From the IMG/VR virus record IMGVR_UViG_3300014204_000189, positions 409 to 64,408 of that record: a stretch of DNA of 64,000 nucleotides; one strand, written 5' to 3'. The stretch's first letter is position 1. The number at the start of each line of letters is the position of its first letter. The notes beneath the pieces were generated by a model that saw only the letters and a program-made list of their open reading frames with translations, was not told the DNA's origin and did no database searches. Origin of the DNA: a virus (lineage: Duplodnaviria > Caudoviricetes). The translations under genes were made by a program, and so were the position numbers. Shown in pieces: positions 19,833 to 29,127 of this stretch.

Positions 19833-20429
19833 ATGGCCGACACCCAACAGACGCCGACAGCCCAGCGATCGTACAAGCAGACCCGCGTACGTCGTCGCGT
19901 CCCCTTCCTCGAAAACCTCTCGTCCGAGGCTCGCAAGGCCTTCGAGCAAGAGCTGCTCGACCAAGCGTGCATGTTCCGTCAAATCGCCGCAGCCCGCAAT
20001 GGTGTCCCGGGCGTGGTGGAGCGGAACTATGTGGAAGAGAGCGTCACGGACCAGCAGGACTCCACGGAGACCCAGACAATGACCAGCGCGCAGACCACTG
20101 CTGTTCCTGCCGCCGCGGCCACCACGGCGTCCGGCTTGGTCAAAAAGGTACTGCCCTGGATCGCAGCCGCAGCCATCGGCTCCGGCGGTACGTGGGGCTA
20201 TTGGCTCAGCCAACAACCCAAGGCAGCTGCCGACGCAGCCGGGCAGGTAACGGCTGCGACCATCGACAACGACGCGGCCCTGACACAGTGGCTGAAGACA
20301 CAGAACATCAGCGGTGCCGAGCAGACCGATCTCGGAGCCGCCATGCGCCAGGCGATGACCATTGACCCTAGTCTGCGGACCAAGTTTCTGCAGATGACCA
20401 AGGAAACACTCAGCACGGCCCCCAAATGA
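19833..20429 (+). CDS. Single-pass membrane protein
   Basis: Hydrophobic stretch VLPWIAAAAIGSGGTWGYWL. Confidence 0.65.
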   Translation: MADTQQTPTAQRSYKQTRVRRRVPFLENLSSEARKAFEQELLDQACMFRQIAAARNGVPGVVERNYVEESVTDQQDSTETQTMTSAQTTAVPAAAATTASGLVKKVLPWIAAAAIGSGGTWGYWLSQQPKAAADAAGQVTAATIDNDAALTQWLKTQNISGAEQTDLGAAMRQAMTIDPSLRTKFLQMTKETLSTAPK

Positions 20430-20806
20430 CGCAGAACGCCACCGTAGCCGCGACAGTCCGCGTGCAGCAAGCCGCCTCGCGCACCGGCCAGGCGCTCAAG
20501 GACGCCATTCTCCGGATGCAGCAGACGCAGCAGGAAGGCATCACCAAGATGGAAGCCACCCTGGGCGCGCTGCGGTCCAAGACGGAGGCCATGATCACCG
20601 CGTCCGTCCCTGTAGCCACACCAGCCAATCCGCTGGCGGTGAAGCAGATGGAGCTGGAGCAGTCGGGGTGGACGCAGTTGGTGACCATCGCTGCCGCGGT
20701 CGACGATACGTTTCGGGAGCAGGCCATGACCCTGGCCAAAGAGACGCTGATCCGCCGCGGTGTGATCCAGGCTCCGACCCCTGCCCCTGAGCAGCCTGCA
20801 GGCTAA
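20426..20806 (+). CDS. Gln/Ala-rich coiled-coil protein
   Basis: ATGA overlap; helical composition. Confidence 0.65.
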   Translation: MTQNATVAATVRVQQAASRTGQALKDAILRMQQTQQEGITKMEATLGALRSKTEAMITASVPVATPANPLAVKQMELEQSGWTQLVTIAAAVDDTFREQAMTLAKETLIRRGVIQAPTPAPEQPAG

Positions 20807-20846
20807 CGGCGTTCCGTCAGGCAATTTTCCAGGGTAGAATGGGGCC

Positions 20847-22484
20847 ATGGTCGCTTCATTTCGCTATCCCGCCGATGACTTAGACAATACGCGCGCCCTG
20901 CTCGGCGCGATGGGGACGTTCTGGTCGCAGACCTATGAGGGCCTGGACCTGATTGAGAGCTGGGTGTACAGCACCGCCCAACTGGAACGGCAAGCCATCC
21001 AGGACATGCAGGAGACCTATGACTGCATCTCGCGGCTCACCTCGCCGGTTTTTCACACGGAACTGGTCGCGGAACTGGTGCTGAAGCAGTCGGAATTGAA
21101 CCAAACCGCGTTCCGCTACGGGGACGGTCGCCCCTACGGAAACCGCGACACGTACGGGCAGCGACTCGATTACCCTCTGTTTACTTTTCCGCTGCCGCCG
21201 ACGGTGGCCGGAATCCCGTTGCTGGCCAATCGGCTGACTTCCCCATCCTTGCTGCTGTTCGACGGAATCGACTACTATCTGGATCTGTCGCGGCAGTTGT
21301 TGGTGCTCCGCAGTGATCCTTTCACCGATGACCGGATTGCCCGTCGCGAGGTCTACAACACGGAAGGGGCCGTCGTCGATTACGAAGTCTCGCTGTGGGC
21401 TCTTCGCGAGCAACAAGACAGGCGATTTCTTTCCGAGCAGTACGGGTATCAGTGGGGTTTCGATCTTCCGTCGTCAGGGCCTTACCGCGACTTCCTCAAT
21501 GCCCTTTGGGATGCGGCAGTTGAGGGCAGTAGCGCTCGCGCGGTGCAGGAGGCCATTTCAGCGGCTCTGGATATTCCCTTGGCGAAAGGGGACGAGATCG
21601 TCGAAGTGGTCACCACGGACCGGGACTCGCTGTTGGTGATCACCGACGCCAACGTCTACCGTTTCGTGTCGACTGCGACACCCCTGGTCTATGTGGGCGA
21701 TCACGTGCACGCGGGTATGCCGTTGACCGACGGTCTCCGGTTCTACGAGTTCAATCGCGGTCAGGTCGACCCCGCGTTGCTGGCCGTCCACCTGGAATCG
21801 GCCTACCTGCTGGAGGGCTACCACAGCGGCCTGACCTTTGAGAACAAGAGCGTCCCGCTGGTAGTGGGCACTGATGGGATGTTCACCACGGTGAGTTTCG
21901 AGATCGGCGGCTGGCCGCTGGACGTGGAGAAGTTCTGGGACGATCTACACGCCCGTGGCGTCGATGCCGGGCTGACTCTGGCCCAGTGCCTGGACCAGCG
22001 CACCAACAAAGTGGGCGAACCGACCGCTGCCAACTTGCCCACCACGATCAATCCACTGGAGTTCCTCGTCCAGAACGTGTTGCGGAACAATTTCTTCGCA
22101 GCCCAGATTCGCTTCTCCAGTTGCGGCCCGAACGCGATGGGTATCGAGCACCTCCGGGCGATCCGCCGCATCGTCCCGCCGCACACAGCCTTACTGCTGA
22201 TTGTGGAATTGGAGGCCGATGAAGAATTCATTAGCATGGAGAGCGAAACGCCCCAGGCGTTGCTGTGGCGGCGTCTGCTCTCCGCGGACTGGGAGGACTT
22301 GTCGCCGTCCGAGTGGCAGCTACTGGGCTCAAAAGTCGCCGTGTCCGTGGCAGAGTCTGTGGCCGGACACGAAGAAGATCTGGACAGTTATTGCGCGGGT
22401 GAACCGCTTGAGGAAACCCTGGATTCCGGCGCGTACATCACCGAGGACGTGGAAGCGGTCTACGTGGATGGTGTGTGCGTCTAG
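20847..22484 (+). CDS. Baseplate wedge/tail protein (gp7 or P2 gpI-like)
   Basis: FLNALWDAAVEGSSARAVQEAISAALDIP motif; module position. Confidence 0.5.
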   Translation: MVASFRYPADDLDNTRALLGAMGTFWSQTYEGLDLIESWVYSTAQLERQAIQDMQETYDCISRLTSPVFHTELVAELVLKQSELNQTAFRYGDGRPYGNRDTYGQRLDYPLFTFPLPPTVAGIPLLANRLTSPSLLLFDGIDYYLDLSRQLLVLRSDPFTDDRIARREVYNTEGAVVDYEVSLWALREQQDRRFLSEQYGYQWGFDLPSSGPYRDFLNALWDAAVEGSSARAVQEAISAALDIPLAKGDEIVEVVTTDRDSLLVITDANVYRFVSTATPLVYVGDHVHAGMPLTDGLRFYEFNRGQVDPALLAVHLESAYLLEGYHSGLTFENKSVPLVVGTDGMFTTVSFEIGGWPLDVEKFWDDLHARGVDAGLTLAQCLDQRTNKVGEPTAANLPTTINPLEFLVQNVLRNNFFAAQIRFSSCGPNAMGIEHLRAIRRIVPPHTALLLIVELEADEEFISMESETPQALLWRRLLSADWEDLSPSEWQLLGSKVAVSVAESVAGHEEDLDSYCAGEPLEETLDSGAYITEDVEAVYVDGVCV

Positions 22485-22498
22485 GCAAGGAGTGCTGT

Positions 22499-23200
22499 AT
22501 GTCTACAAAGGTCATGCGTCGTCGTCTTGGTCGTTTGTACGCGAAGGACAAGAACGACAAGAAGTTCCCGCTGAAAGCGTTGCTGCCGCGACGCAAGTCG
22601 CAACGGACCAGCCGCAGCTGGTACGACGCGTACTGGAACGGCAACCAAGGCAACACGCCCAAGTGCGTGGGCTACGGCTGGACCCACTGGCTGGAAGACG
22701 CCCCCGTGATCCCGGGAAGCAAGACGCATCCGGCCGTCGACCCCAACAAGGTCTACAAGCTGGCCCAGCAGCTCGACGAGTGGCCGGGTACCAACTACGA
22801 CGGTAGCTCCGTCCGTGGTGGTGCCAAGGCGATCCGAAAGCTGGGCTTCATCAGTGCCTACCACTGGGCGGCCAACCTGGACGAAATCATCCAGTGGATC
22901 CTGGAGAAAGGTCCTGTGGTTGTCGGCACCATCTGGACCGAGGACATGTTCACACCCAACGCCAGCGGGCTCATCGTGCCCACGGGCGAAGTCGTTGGCG
23001 GGCACTGCTACGATCTCAACGGCGTGAGCACGATCACGCGCAAGTTCCGCGCCAAGAACAGCTGGGGAACCAGTTGGGGCAAGGGCGGGCACGCGTACAT
23101 CAAGTTCGAGGACATGAACACGCTGCTCTTCCCGTCCTCGGGCGAGCCGGGGGAGGCCTGCGTGGCCACGGAAAAGGGCGTCGTTTCGCCCAAGCAGTAG
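22499..23200 (+). CDS. Papain-family (C1) cysteine peptidase
   Basis: NQGNTPKCVGY (Gln, catalytic Cys), GGHCY (His), KNSWGTSWGKGG (Asn). Confidence 0.9.
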   Translation: MSTKVMRRRLGRLYAKDKNDKKFPLKALLPRRKSQRTSRSWYDAYWNGNQGNTPKCVGYGWTHWLEDAPVIPGSKTHPAVDPNKVYKLAQQLDEWPGTNYDGSSVRGGAKAIRKLGFISAYHWAANLDEIIQWILEKGPVVVGTIWTEDMFTPNASGLIVPTGEVVGGHCYDLNGVSTITRKFRAKNSWGTSWGKGGHAYIKFEDMNTLLFPSSGEPGEACVATEKGVVSPKQ

Positions 23201-23217
23201 TCCGCAAGGAGACGACA

Positions 23218-23877
23218 ATGGATGGCGACAGGGTTCCGCCGCAGGCTCTCTTCGGCCGTGTGCGAGGTCACTATGTGTATCCGGGCAACCAAGACACGGT
23301 CTACCTCTTCCGTTTGAAGAAGGAGAATCGGCGTCTGCTGCTTCCCGGAGACTGGCTCAGCCAGGGTGAGGACAGCTGCAACTTGATCATGTATCAGTGG
23401 GCGGCTATCACAGGCGAGCTGCTTCGTGGTGCGCCGGATCGTCGGCTGTACAACCTCTCCGCGATGTACATCGAGTTCGAGAACAACGGCGGCGCTGCCG
23501 TCAGTCCTCCGACCAATGATGATCGCGGCAACGGTCGTGCTTACTACGATTCGCTGCTGAACGATGCGACTCGGGATTACCTGCGGGTACCCATGACTGC
23601 GGTCACGCTGGAAAGCACGGACGATGAGCTGTACCCCGATGGCAACAAAGTGACCTGCTTCGCGCAGACCACCGGTGCCGTCGGTGTGCACGGCAAACCG
23701 TTCAACGACTCGGCACCGAGCCGTGTCTACGGCGGAGCCCTGGTCGCTGCTCCGAAGTTCTCCGACGCGACGCAAGACATGGTCTTCTCGCGGTTTTACT
23801 TCTCCACTGCGGCAAAGCAGTTGGTCAAGTTGGCAAATTCGCAGGTGGGTCTGAAGTGGCCCATCACGTTGCTGTAG
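23218..23877 (+). CDS. Putative virion structural protein
   Basis: AAGGAG RBS; beta-rich; starts the distal tail cluster. Confidence 0.55.
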   Translation: MDGDRVPPQALFGRVRGHYVYPGNQDTVYLFRLKKENRRLLLPGDWLSQGEDSCNLIMYQWAAITGELLRGAPDRRLYNLSAMYIEFENNGGAAVSPPTNDDRGNGRAYYDSLLNDATRDYLRVPMTAVTLESTDDELYPDGNKVTCFAQTTGAVGVHGKPFNDSAPSRVYGGALVAAPKFSDATQDMVFSRFYFSTAAKQLVKLANSQVGLKWPITLL

Positions 23878-23905
23878 TCGGGCAAGGACGCCCAGGAGGC
23901 CAAGG

Positions 23906-25741
23906 ATGGCAGGGTTCCAGGAACTCATTCGGCTGATTGTCGATGGCGAGCTGGTCAACGCGGGTGTGACCAACCGCGCCGCCCGCGACCTCGACGGCAA
24001 CGTGCGGTACGTCCGCGACGTGGTCGAAGCGGCCTTGATGGGCCAGACGCTGTTCTTCCGCAACCAGACCGTGGACACGGAGGTGAACGAAGGGCAGGCT
24101 GTCTTCTACAACGCGGAGACGCAGCAGTTCGAGCAGGCGCTGGCGTCCGTACTGACCGATGCCTTGACCGGCCAGCTCTATACGGCCCCCTCCACCCATT
24201 GCTGGGGCATCGTGTCGCGGAAGTTGTCGGCGGACAAAGCCGACATCCTTCTGATGGGTGTTGCCGACATCAACCTCGACGACGCCGTAGAGGGCACCGT
24301 GGTGCCCGGCATGTATTTCCTGTCTGGGAGCACCCCCGGGCACTTGGAGAGGCAGCAGCCGCCTGTCACGGTCCCTGTGTGCCTCATCGCAGGCGAAGGG
24401 ACCACCGAGGGCACATACCAGGTCTACGTGAACACCAACTTGAGGGACCTGCTCGACGCGCACAAGCACTACCGCTTTGAACTCAAGGCCACGCCGTCGG
24501 GAAACACCACCCCGCCGGAGGTAGGCGACAGACACACCGTCACCGATGCGGACCCCGAGATCGAGGGCTGGCTGCCCGCCGACCATGCCGTGTTCGAGGG
24601 CAAGGCTCCGGCCGGGGCGGCCTTCGGTTACAACCTGTCGGTGAGCGCGTTGAAGGATCTGTGGCCGCCGGTTCCCGTCCAGAGCAGCTACCTGGAATGG
24701 AACAAGGGCGAAGACAAAGAGCTGTTGGGCATGGGCGTCCCACTGGGCCGTGACGACCTGTGCATCATCGACGCCCACGGGATCTGGTGGATGAGTGACT
24801 GCTACGACGACGTGCCGTGGCCCACCGATCTCGACACGCTCACCGAGACTTCGGAGAGCTGGTCCGCACTGGAATGCCCGCGGATCCTGAACATGCGGCT
24901 GATCCTCTGGTTCACGCGGATGGTGTTCTACACCAACCAGACGTGCGTGCTCAGCCTGACTCCGGTCGCAGGCAGCGGTCTCTCGATTACGTGCCTGGGT
25001 ACGGACGATCCGGCAACCACGGGCCACCTGCAAATCGACCACGACCTGGCCCTGATGATCAACCGTACGGACTACCCCGGTTACCTGGTCTTCAAGGCGA
25101 TCAACGACAAACGATTCGACTTGGGCCCTGTGGTGGAGGGCATCAAGCCGGGGTCGGACTTCGTGCGAATCACACCGCTGGAAGGTCGCGGCATTGTCGA
25201 CGAAGATGGCTACTGCCGCGGCATGTTTGAGATCGACCTGGGCGAGCCTCTCAACGGGATGGAGTTCCCCGTGGAGACTGTGCGACTGGCAGGGGCACGC
25301 GAAGCGTTCGTGAACAATGTGATCGCGCTGGGCTTCGACGCTGCCAAGCTTGCCACGTTCTATGGCCGGATCTCGATCCGTGGCAATCTCGAACTGCCGA
25401 CCGGGACACAGATGCGACTGCGACTGATGGTCTTGGCGCGGTACAAGACGGGCACGAGCACGGATGTCCCGGAAGACGTGTTCACGGTGACCGTTCGTCG
25501 TCTGCCCAAGCCCGAGACCTTGAACACTCCCGTGGCGCTGCCATTGGTGGACACCACGTTGCCTGTTGACTGCTCCGCCACGATCACTGAGGCCAACCAG
25601 TACTACGAGATCCAGACTGATCCCTTCGACGTCGTGTCCGGAGATGTGATCATGTTTTCGGTGACGCGGCAAGCCACGGACGACTACGCAGGCGAGCTGG
25701 ACATCGTGCGCAAGTACGGCATGCTGGTCGTAGCCGAATAA
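23906..25741 (+). CDS. Putative tail fibre/baseplate attachment protein
   Basis: 611 aa; N-terminal GVTNRAARDLDGNVRY and GMYFLSGSTPGHL motifs resemble fibre-base domains. Confidence 0.5.
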   Translation: MAGFQELIRLIVDGELVNAGVTNRAARDLDGNVRYVRDVVEAALMGQTLFFRNQTVDTEVNEGQAVFYNAETQQFEQALASVLTDALTGQLYTAPSTHCWGIVSRKLSADKADILLMGVADINLDDAVEGTVVPGMYFLSGSTPGHLERQQPPVTVPVCLIAGEGTTEGTYQVYVNTNLRDLLDAHKHYRFELKATPSGNTTPPEVGDRHTVTDADPEIEGWLPADHAVFEGKAPAGAAFGYNLSVSALKDLWPPVPVQSSYLEWNKGEDKELLGMGVPLGRDDLCIIDAHGIWWMSDCYDDVPWPTDLDTLTETSESWSALECPRILNMRLILWFTRMVFYTNQTCVLSLTPVAGSGLSITCLGTDDPATTGHLQIDHDLALMINRTDYPGYLVFKAINDKRFDLGPVVEGIKPGSDFVRITPLEGRGIVDEDGYCRGMFEIDLGEPLNGMEFPVETVRLAGAREAFVNNVIALGFDAAKLATFYGRISIRGNLELPTGTQMRLRLMVLARYKTGTSTDVPEDVFTVTVRRLPKPETLNTPVALPLVDTTLPVDCSATITEANQYYEIQTDPFDVVSGDVIMFSVTRQATDDYAGELDIVRKYGMLVVAE

Positions 25742-25756
25742 GCGGGAGGGCCAGGG

Positions 25757-26719
25757 ATGGCTATCGAAGTCAGGAACCAGGAATGGCTCGATCACAACAG
25801 TAATCGATCCTATCCCCTTTGCGACGACACCGCGCAGCGCGACAGCACGGCGGGGTTTTCGTTGCCCAAGGACTTCCTCGTCTCGCTCTACCTGGCCGTG
25901 CACGCGGGGCACAACGTCAACCCGGCCAAGTTCTTCATCAAGACTATCGGCGCCTATGCTTCCGGGTACAGCGTGGTGGTCGGCTACTGGAACGGGACCA
26001 CGGCGATCCCTGTTGCTTCCGCCCTCATCGCCCGAGCGGCGCACACGCGGCGGAACGTCGAATATCGCCTGAGTGGCCTGGGTGACTTTGTCGATGCGGC
26101 CGGACATCTGGTGATCGGCACGCTGGACTCGATCGATCAGCAGCCCGCAGGGCAGTGGGAGTTTGACTTCGATGATGCGCGGTTGGAGGTGGACTGCTTG
26201 CGGCCGCAGATTCGCAATGTCACCGCGTTGCGCGTGCGGACGGGGACCCAGCTCTCGGAACGCATCTACGGCGACGTGATCCTGCGCGCGGGGAAGAACA
26301 TTCGCATCACGCCGATCCTGGTCGAGGACGAGGACCCGGTGCTGGTGTTCGACGCGATTGCGGACGATGGTCTGAACGAGCCCTGCATTTGTGTCGACGA
26401 GACGCTCGACGACTGCATCCGCACGATCAATCGCATCGGTCCGACCGCCGAAGGCGATTTCAGTGTGCTGGGCAGCGACTGTCTAGAGGTGCAGAGCATC
26501 ACGCACGGCATTCGACTGGTGGACACGTGTTCCGAGCCGTGCTGCGGCTGTGCTGAGTTAGAGACTGTCACATCGGCGCTGATGATGTTCGGATCCCAGG
26601 CGACGACGCTGGAGAATTTCCTGGTCAACTTGGAAGCACGAGTCACCGAGATGGACCAGGTGGTGCTGGGAAGCATGTTCGGCGACCGAGGCTGCTTGAC
26701 GTGTAACACGGAGTTCTAG
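25757..26719 (+). CDS. Cys-rich tail-associated protein (paralog family)
   Basis: [13 protein letters not shown]-motif; [15 protein letters not shown]; EPCCGC. Confidence 0.6.
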   Translation: MAIEVRNQEWLDHNSNRSYPLCDDTAQRDSTAGFSLPKDFLVSLYLAVHAGHNVNPAKFFIKTIGAYASGYSVVVGYWNGTTAIPVASALIARAAHTRRNVEYRLSGLGDFVDAAGHLVIGTLDSIDQQPAGQWEFDFDDARLEVDCLRPQIRNVTALRVRTGTQLSERIYGDVILRAGKNIRITPILVEDEDPVLVFDAIADDGLNEPCICVDETLDDCIRTINRIGPTAEGDFSVLGSDCLEVQSITHGIRLVDTCSEPCCGCAELETVTSALMMFGSQATTLENFLVNLEARVTEMDQVVLGSMFGDRGCLTCNTEF

Positions 26720-26730
26720 GAGGACCAAGG

Positions 26731-27696
26731 ATGGGTCTCACCGTATACAAAGGACTGCAAATCTGCTCGCCCGAGCCGACCGAAGATGGCGGGCGAGCAC
26801 TCAACGACAACTTTCGCACCCTGGGCGACTTCATGGAGACCGGGGGCGGCGGCGGGCCCGGTTCGCAAGGTGTGCAAGGGCCGCAAGGACCGATCGGTGG
26901 AGACGGTGCGCAAGGTCCACAAGGTCCGACCGGGGGCGACGGTGGAGCCGGAGCGCAAGGGCCGCAAGGTCCGAGCATCGCGGGTGCGCAAGGTCCACAA
27001 GGTCCGACCGGGGGCGACGGTGGAGCCGGAGCGCAAGGGCCGCAAGGTCCGCAAGGGCCTGCGACGGGTGTCCAAGGCGCGCAAGGACCGCAAGGTCCAA
27101 CCGGAAGCACCGGCGACACAGGAAGCCCCGGAAGCTCCGGCGCGCAAGGTTCGCAAGGTCCGCAAGGTCCAACCGGAAGCACCGGCGACACAGGAAGCCC
27201 CGGAAGCTCCGGAAGCCCCGGCGCGCAAGGTCCGCAAGGTCCGCAAGGTCCGACTGGAAGTACCGGCGGAGCGGGAGCGCAAGGCCCACAAGGTCCGAAC
27301 ATCACGGGATCGCAAGGCCCACAAGGACCGACCGGAAGCACCGGTGGAGTCGGATCGCAAGGCCCACAGGGTCCACAAGGACCGACCGGAAGCGCCGGTG
27401 GAGTCGGCGCGCAAGGTCCGCAAGGCCCGAACAGCGCAGGCGCGCAAGGCTCGCAAGGGCCACAAGGTTCGCAAGGAACGACCAACACCTTCTTCACCGC
27501 CACCATTGCCAAACCTGCGGCCGGGTGGGACAGCCTGGTAATCCCGCTGTGGCATGCACCGAGCGACGGTGGCTGCGCAGTCACCAAGATCGCGGCCACT
27601 GTGATGGGGCGAAACACCCCGACGCTGACATTCAACATTGAGGAACGGGCCTATGGTTCGCTGGGCAGCGCAGGCTTCGTCACCTATAGCTTCTGA
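26731..27696 (+). CDS. Collagen-like fibre protein
   Basis: Long Gly-X-Y run (GPQGP/GAQGP), about residues 43-250. Confidence 0.9.
   Translation: MGLTVYKGLQICSPEPTEDGGRALNDNFRTLGDFMETGGGGGPGSQGVQGPQGPIGGDGAQGPQGPTGGDGGAGAQGPQGPSIAGAQGPQGPTGGDGGAGAQGPQGPQGPATGVQGAQGPQGPTGSTGDTGSPGSSGAQGSQGPQGPTGSTGDTGSPGSSGSPGAQGPQGPQGPTGSTGGAGAQGPQGPNITGSQGPQGPTGSTGGVGSQGPQGPQGPTGSAGGVGAQGPQGPNSAGAQGSQGPQGSQGTTNTFFTATIAKPAAGWDSLVIPLWHAPSDGGCAVTKIAATVMGRNTPTLTFNIEERAYGSLGSAGFVTYSF
26860..27475 (+). repeat. Gly-X-Y tandem repeat DNA with internal block duplications
   Basis: Recurrent GGTCCGCAAGG units; duplicated blocks encoding [20 protein letters not shown] and [16 protein letters not shown]. Confidence 0.85.
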
Positions 27697-27715
27697 TTCG
27701 TGAAGAGGCACAGCC

Positions 27716-29125
27716 ATGAGCGCACCCACTGGTGGAACCTGGACGATCACGTACAACGGTGAAACCACCTCCGGTTTGTCTTACAGTGCCTCAGCGTCGG
27801 AGGTGCATGACGCGTTGGAAGCTCTTACCGGGCTGTCTGGCAAGATCACTGTCGAGGTCAACGCTACGGGAGCGTTTCCGGCCAAGGGCGGTGGTTACCG
27901 GATCACGTTCGACGAGAGCATGGGTGATCCCGCTGGGGAGATTACGCTCAACGATTACCTGCTAGGAGCCGACACGCCGACGCTCACACCAAGCACATAC
28001 ACGCCCTGGGCAGCGGGCGAGAGCGGCCGCAACGAAATCATCGGGATCGAGGTGTCTTACCCCATTGATCCCGGCGGTAATTACACCATCATCACCCCCA
28101 GTGGAGAAACCGGTCCCTACGACCAGCCTGCACCGAGTCTGCAATACTTCGCGGACATGATTGCCGCAGTGACGGGATGGACAGTTGTCGGTTCTGACGG
28201 CAGCCCCGTCGTAAAGTGCGAGGTTACCAGCCCGGCCAAGACCGACCTTGGCAACTGCTCGCTGGGGTCCAACACAACCAACGGCACCATCTGGGTCACC
28301 AACGTCCAGGATGGTGCACCGGACGGTCCGGGTACGTCGGAAGTGCAAGACATTGTCCTGGACTTCGCCGAGGGCGGTGGCGCGCCTGGCGCCAACACGC
28401 AGCCCACGGGCGGCACGTGGACGATCACCGTCTCGAACTACGGCACAACGGCCCCGCTGGACTTTGACGCCTCCACGGCCGAAGTGCAAGCGGCGCTCCA
28501 GGACATCTCCGGGCTTTACGGATTGGTCAGCGTCGACAACTGGTACGGCTACACCTTCCCCACGCAGGGCGGTGGCTACGCCATCTATTTCTCGGGCGCA
28601 GCGGGCGAGCTGGGCAGTGTGACAGTGGACCAGTACCTGGAAGGCGTCGAGGACATCGCAATCGACGTCACGATGCACCTGGACTACGTCGAGCACGTCC
28701 CGGAAGGGTCACCCTTCGAGATCTCGATCGACACCCACTGGGCCTATGAAGGGTATTGGTCGTTTCCCGAGGGGGGCAGCGGTTGGAGCGGTGGTTCCAT
28801 CTACTACGATTCCACTGCTGATGGCTGCATTTCCGCACTGAGCAATTCACACACCAGTTGGGAATCCGTCGGCGCAGGGAGCGTGGCAGAGGGTGTTGTC
28901 GTGCTTCGCTCTAGCGTACGCGGCACGCCAGCAACAATTTGGGGCGGAACCTACTACGGTCCGGGCGACTGGGGATCAAGCTCCACGATGATGCCGTCGT
29001 TTCCCAGCATATCCCTCAGCAACGGCGGCGAGGACCCCGGACCTCCGCAAGGCGAAACCTGGTACTTCGTCTTGTCGTTCACTTCCGGGGTGCTCGACAC
29101 GTTCCAGATCATCATAGCGGGCTAA
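27716..29125 (+). CDS. Fibre/adhesin-like protein with two GGTWTIT domains
   Basis: PTGGTWTITYNGETTSGLSYSASASEVHDAL and PTGGTWTITVSNYGTTAPLDFDASTAEVQAAL; Gly/Ser/Thr-rich. Confidence 0.7.
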   Translation: MSAPTGGTWTITYNGETTSGLSYSASASEVHDALEALTGLSGKITVEVNATGAFPAKGGGYRITFDESMGDPAGEITLNDYLLGADTPTLTPSTYTPWAAGESGRNEIIGIEVSYPIDPGGNYTIITPSGETGPYDQPAPSLQYFADMIAAVTGWTVVGSDGSPVVKCEVTSPAKTDLGNCSLGSNTTNGTIWVTNVQDGAPDGPGTSEVQDIVLDFAEGGGAPGANTQPTGGTWTITVSNYGTTAPLDFDASTAEVQAALQDISGLYGLVSVDNWYGYTFPTQGGGYAIYFSGAAGELGSVTVDQYLEGVEDIAIDVTMHLDYVEHVPEGSPFEISIDTHWAYEGYWSFPEGGSGWSGGSIYYDSTADGCISALSNSHTSWESVGAGSVAEGVVVLRSSVRGTPATIWGGTYYGPGDWGSSSTMMPSFPSISLSNGGEDPGPPQGETWYFVLSFTSGVLDTFQIIIAG

Positions 29126-29127
29126 GC

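Noticed and set aside
26860-27475. CRISPR array or intergenic tandem repeat
   Set aside because: Repeats are in-frame Gly-X-Y codons with no unique spacers
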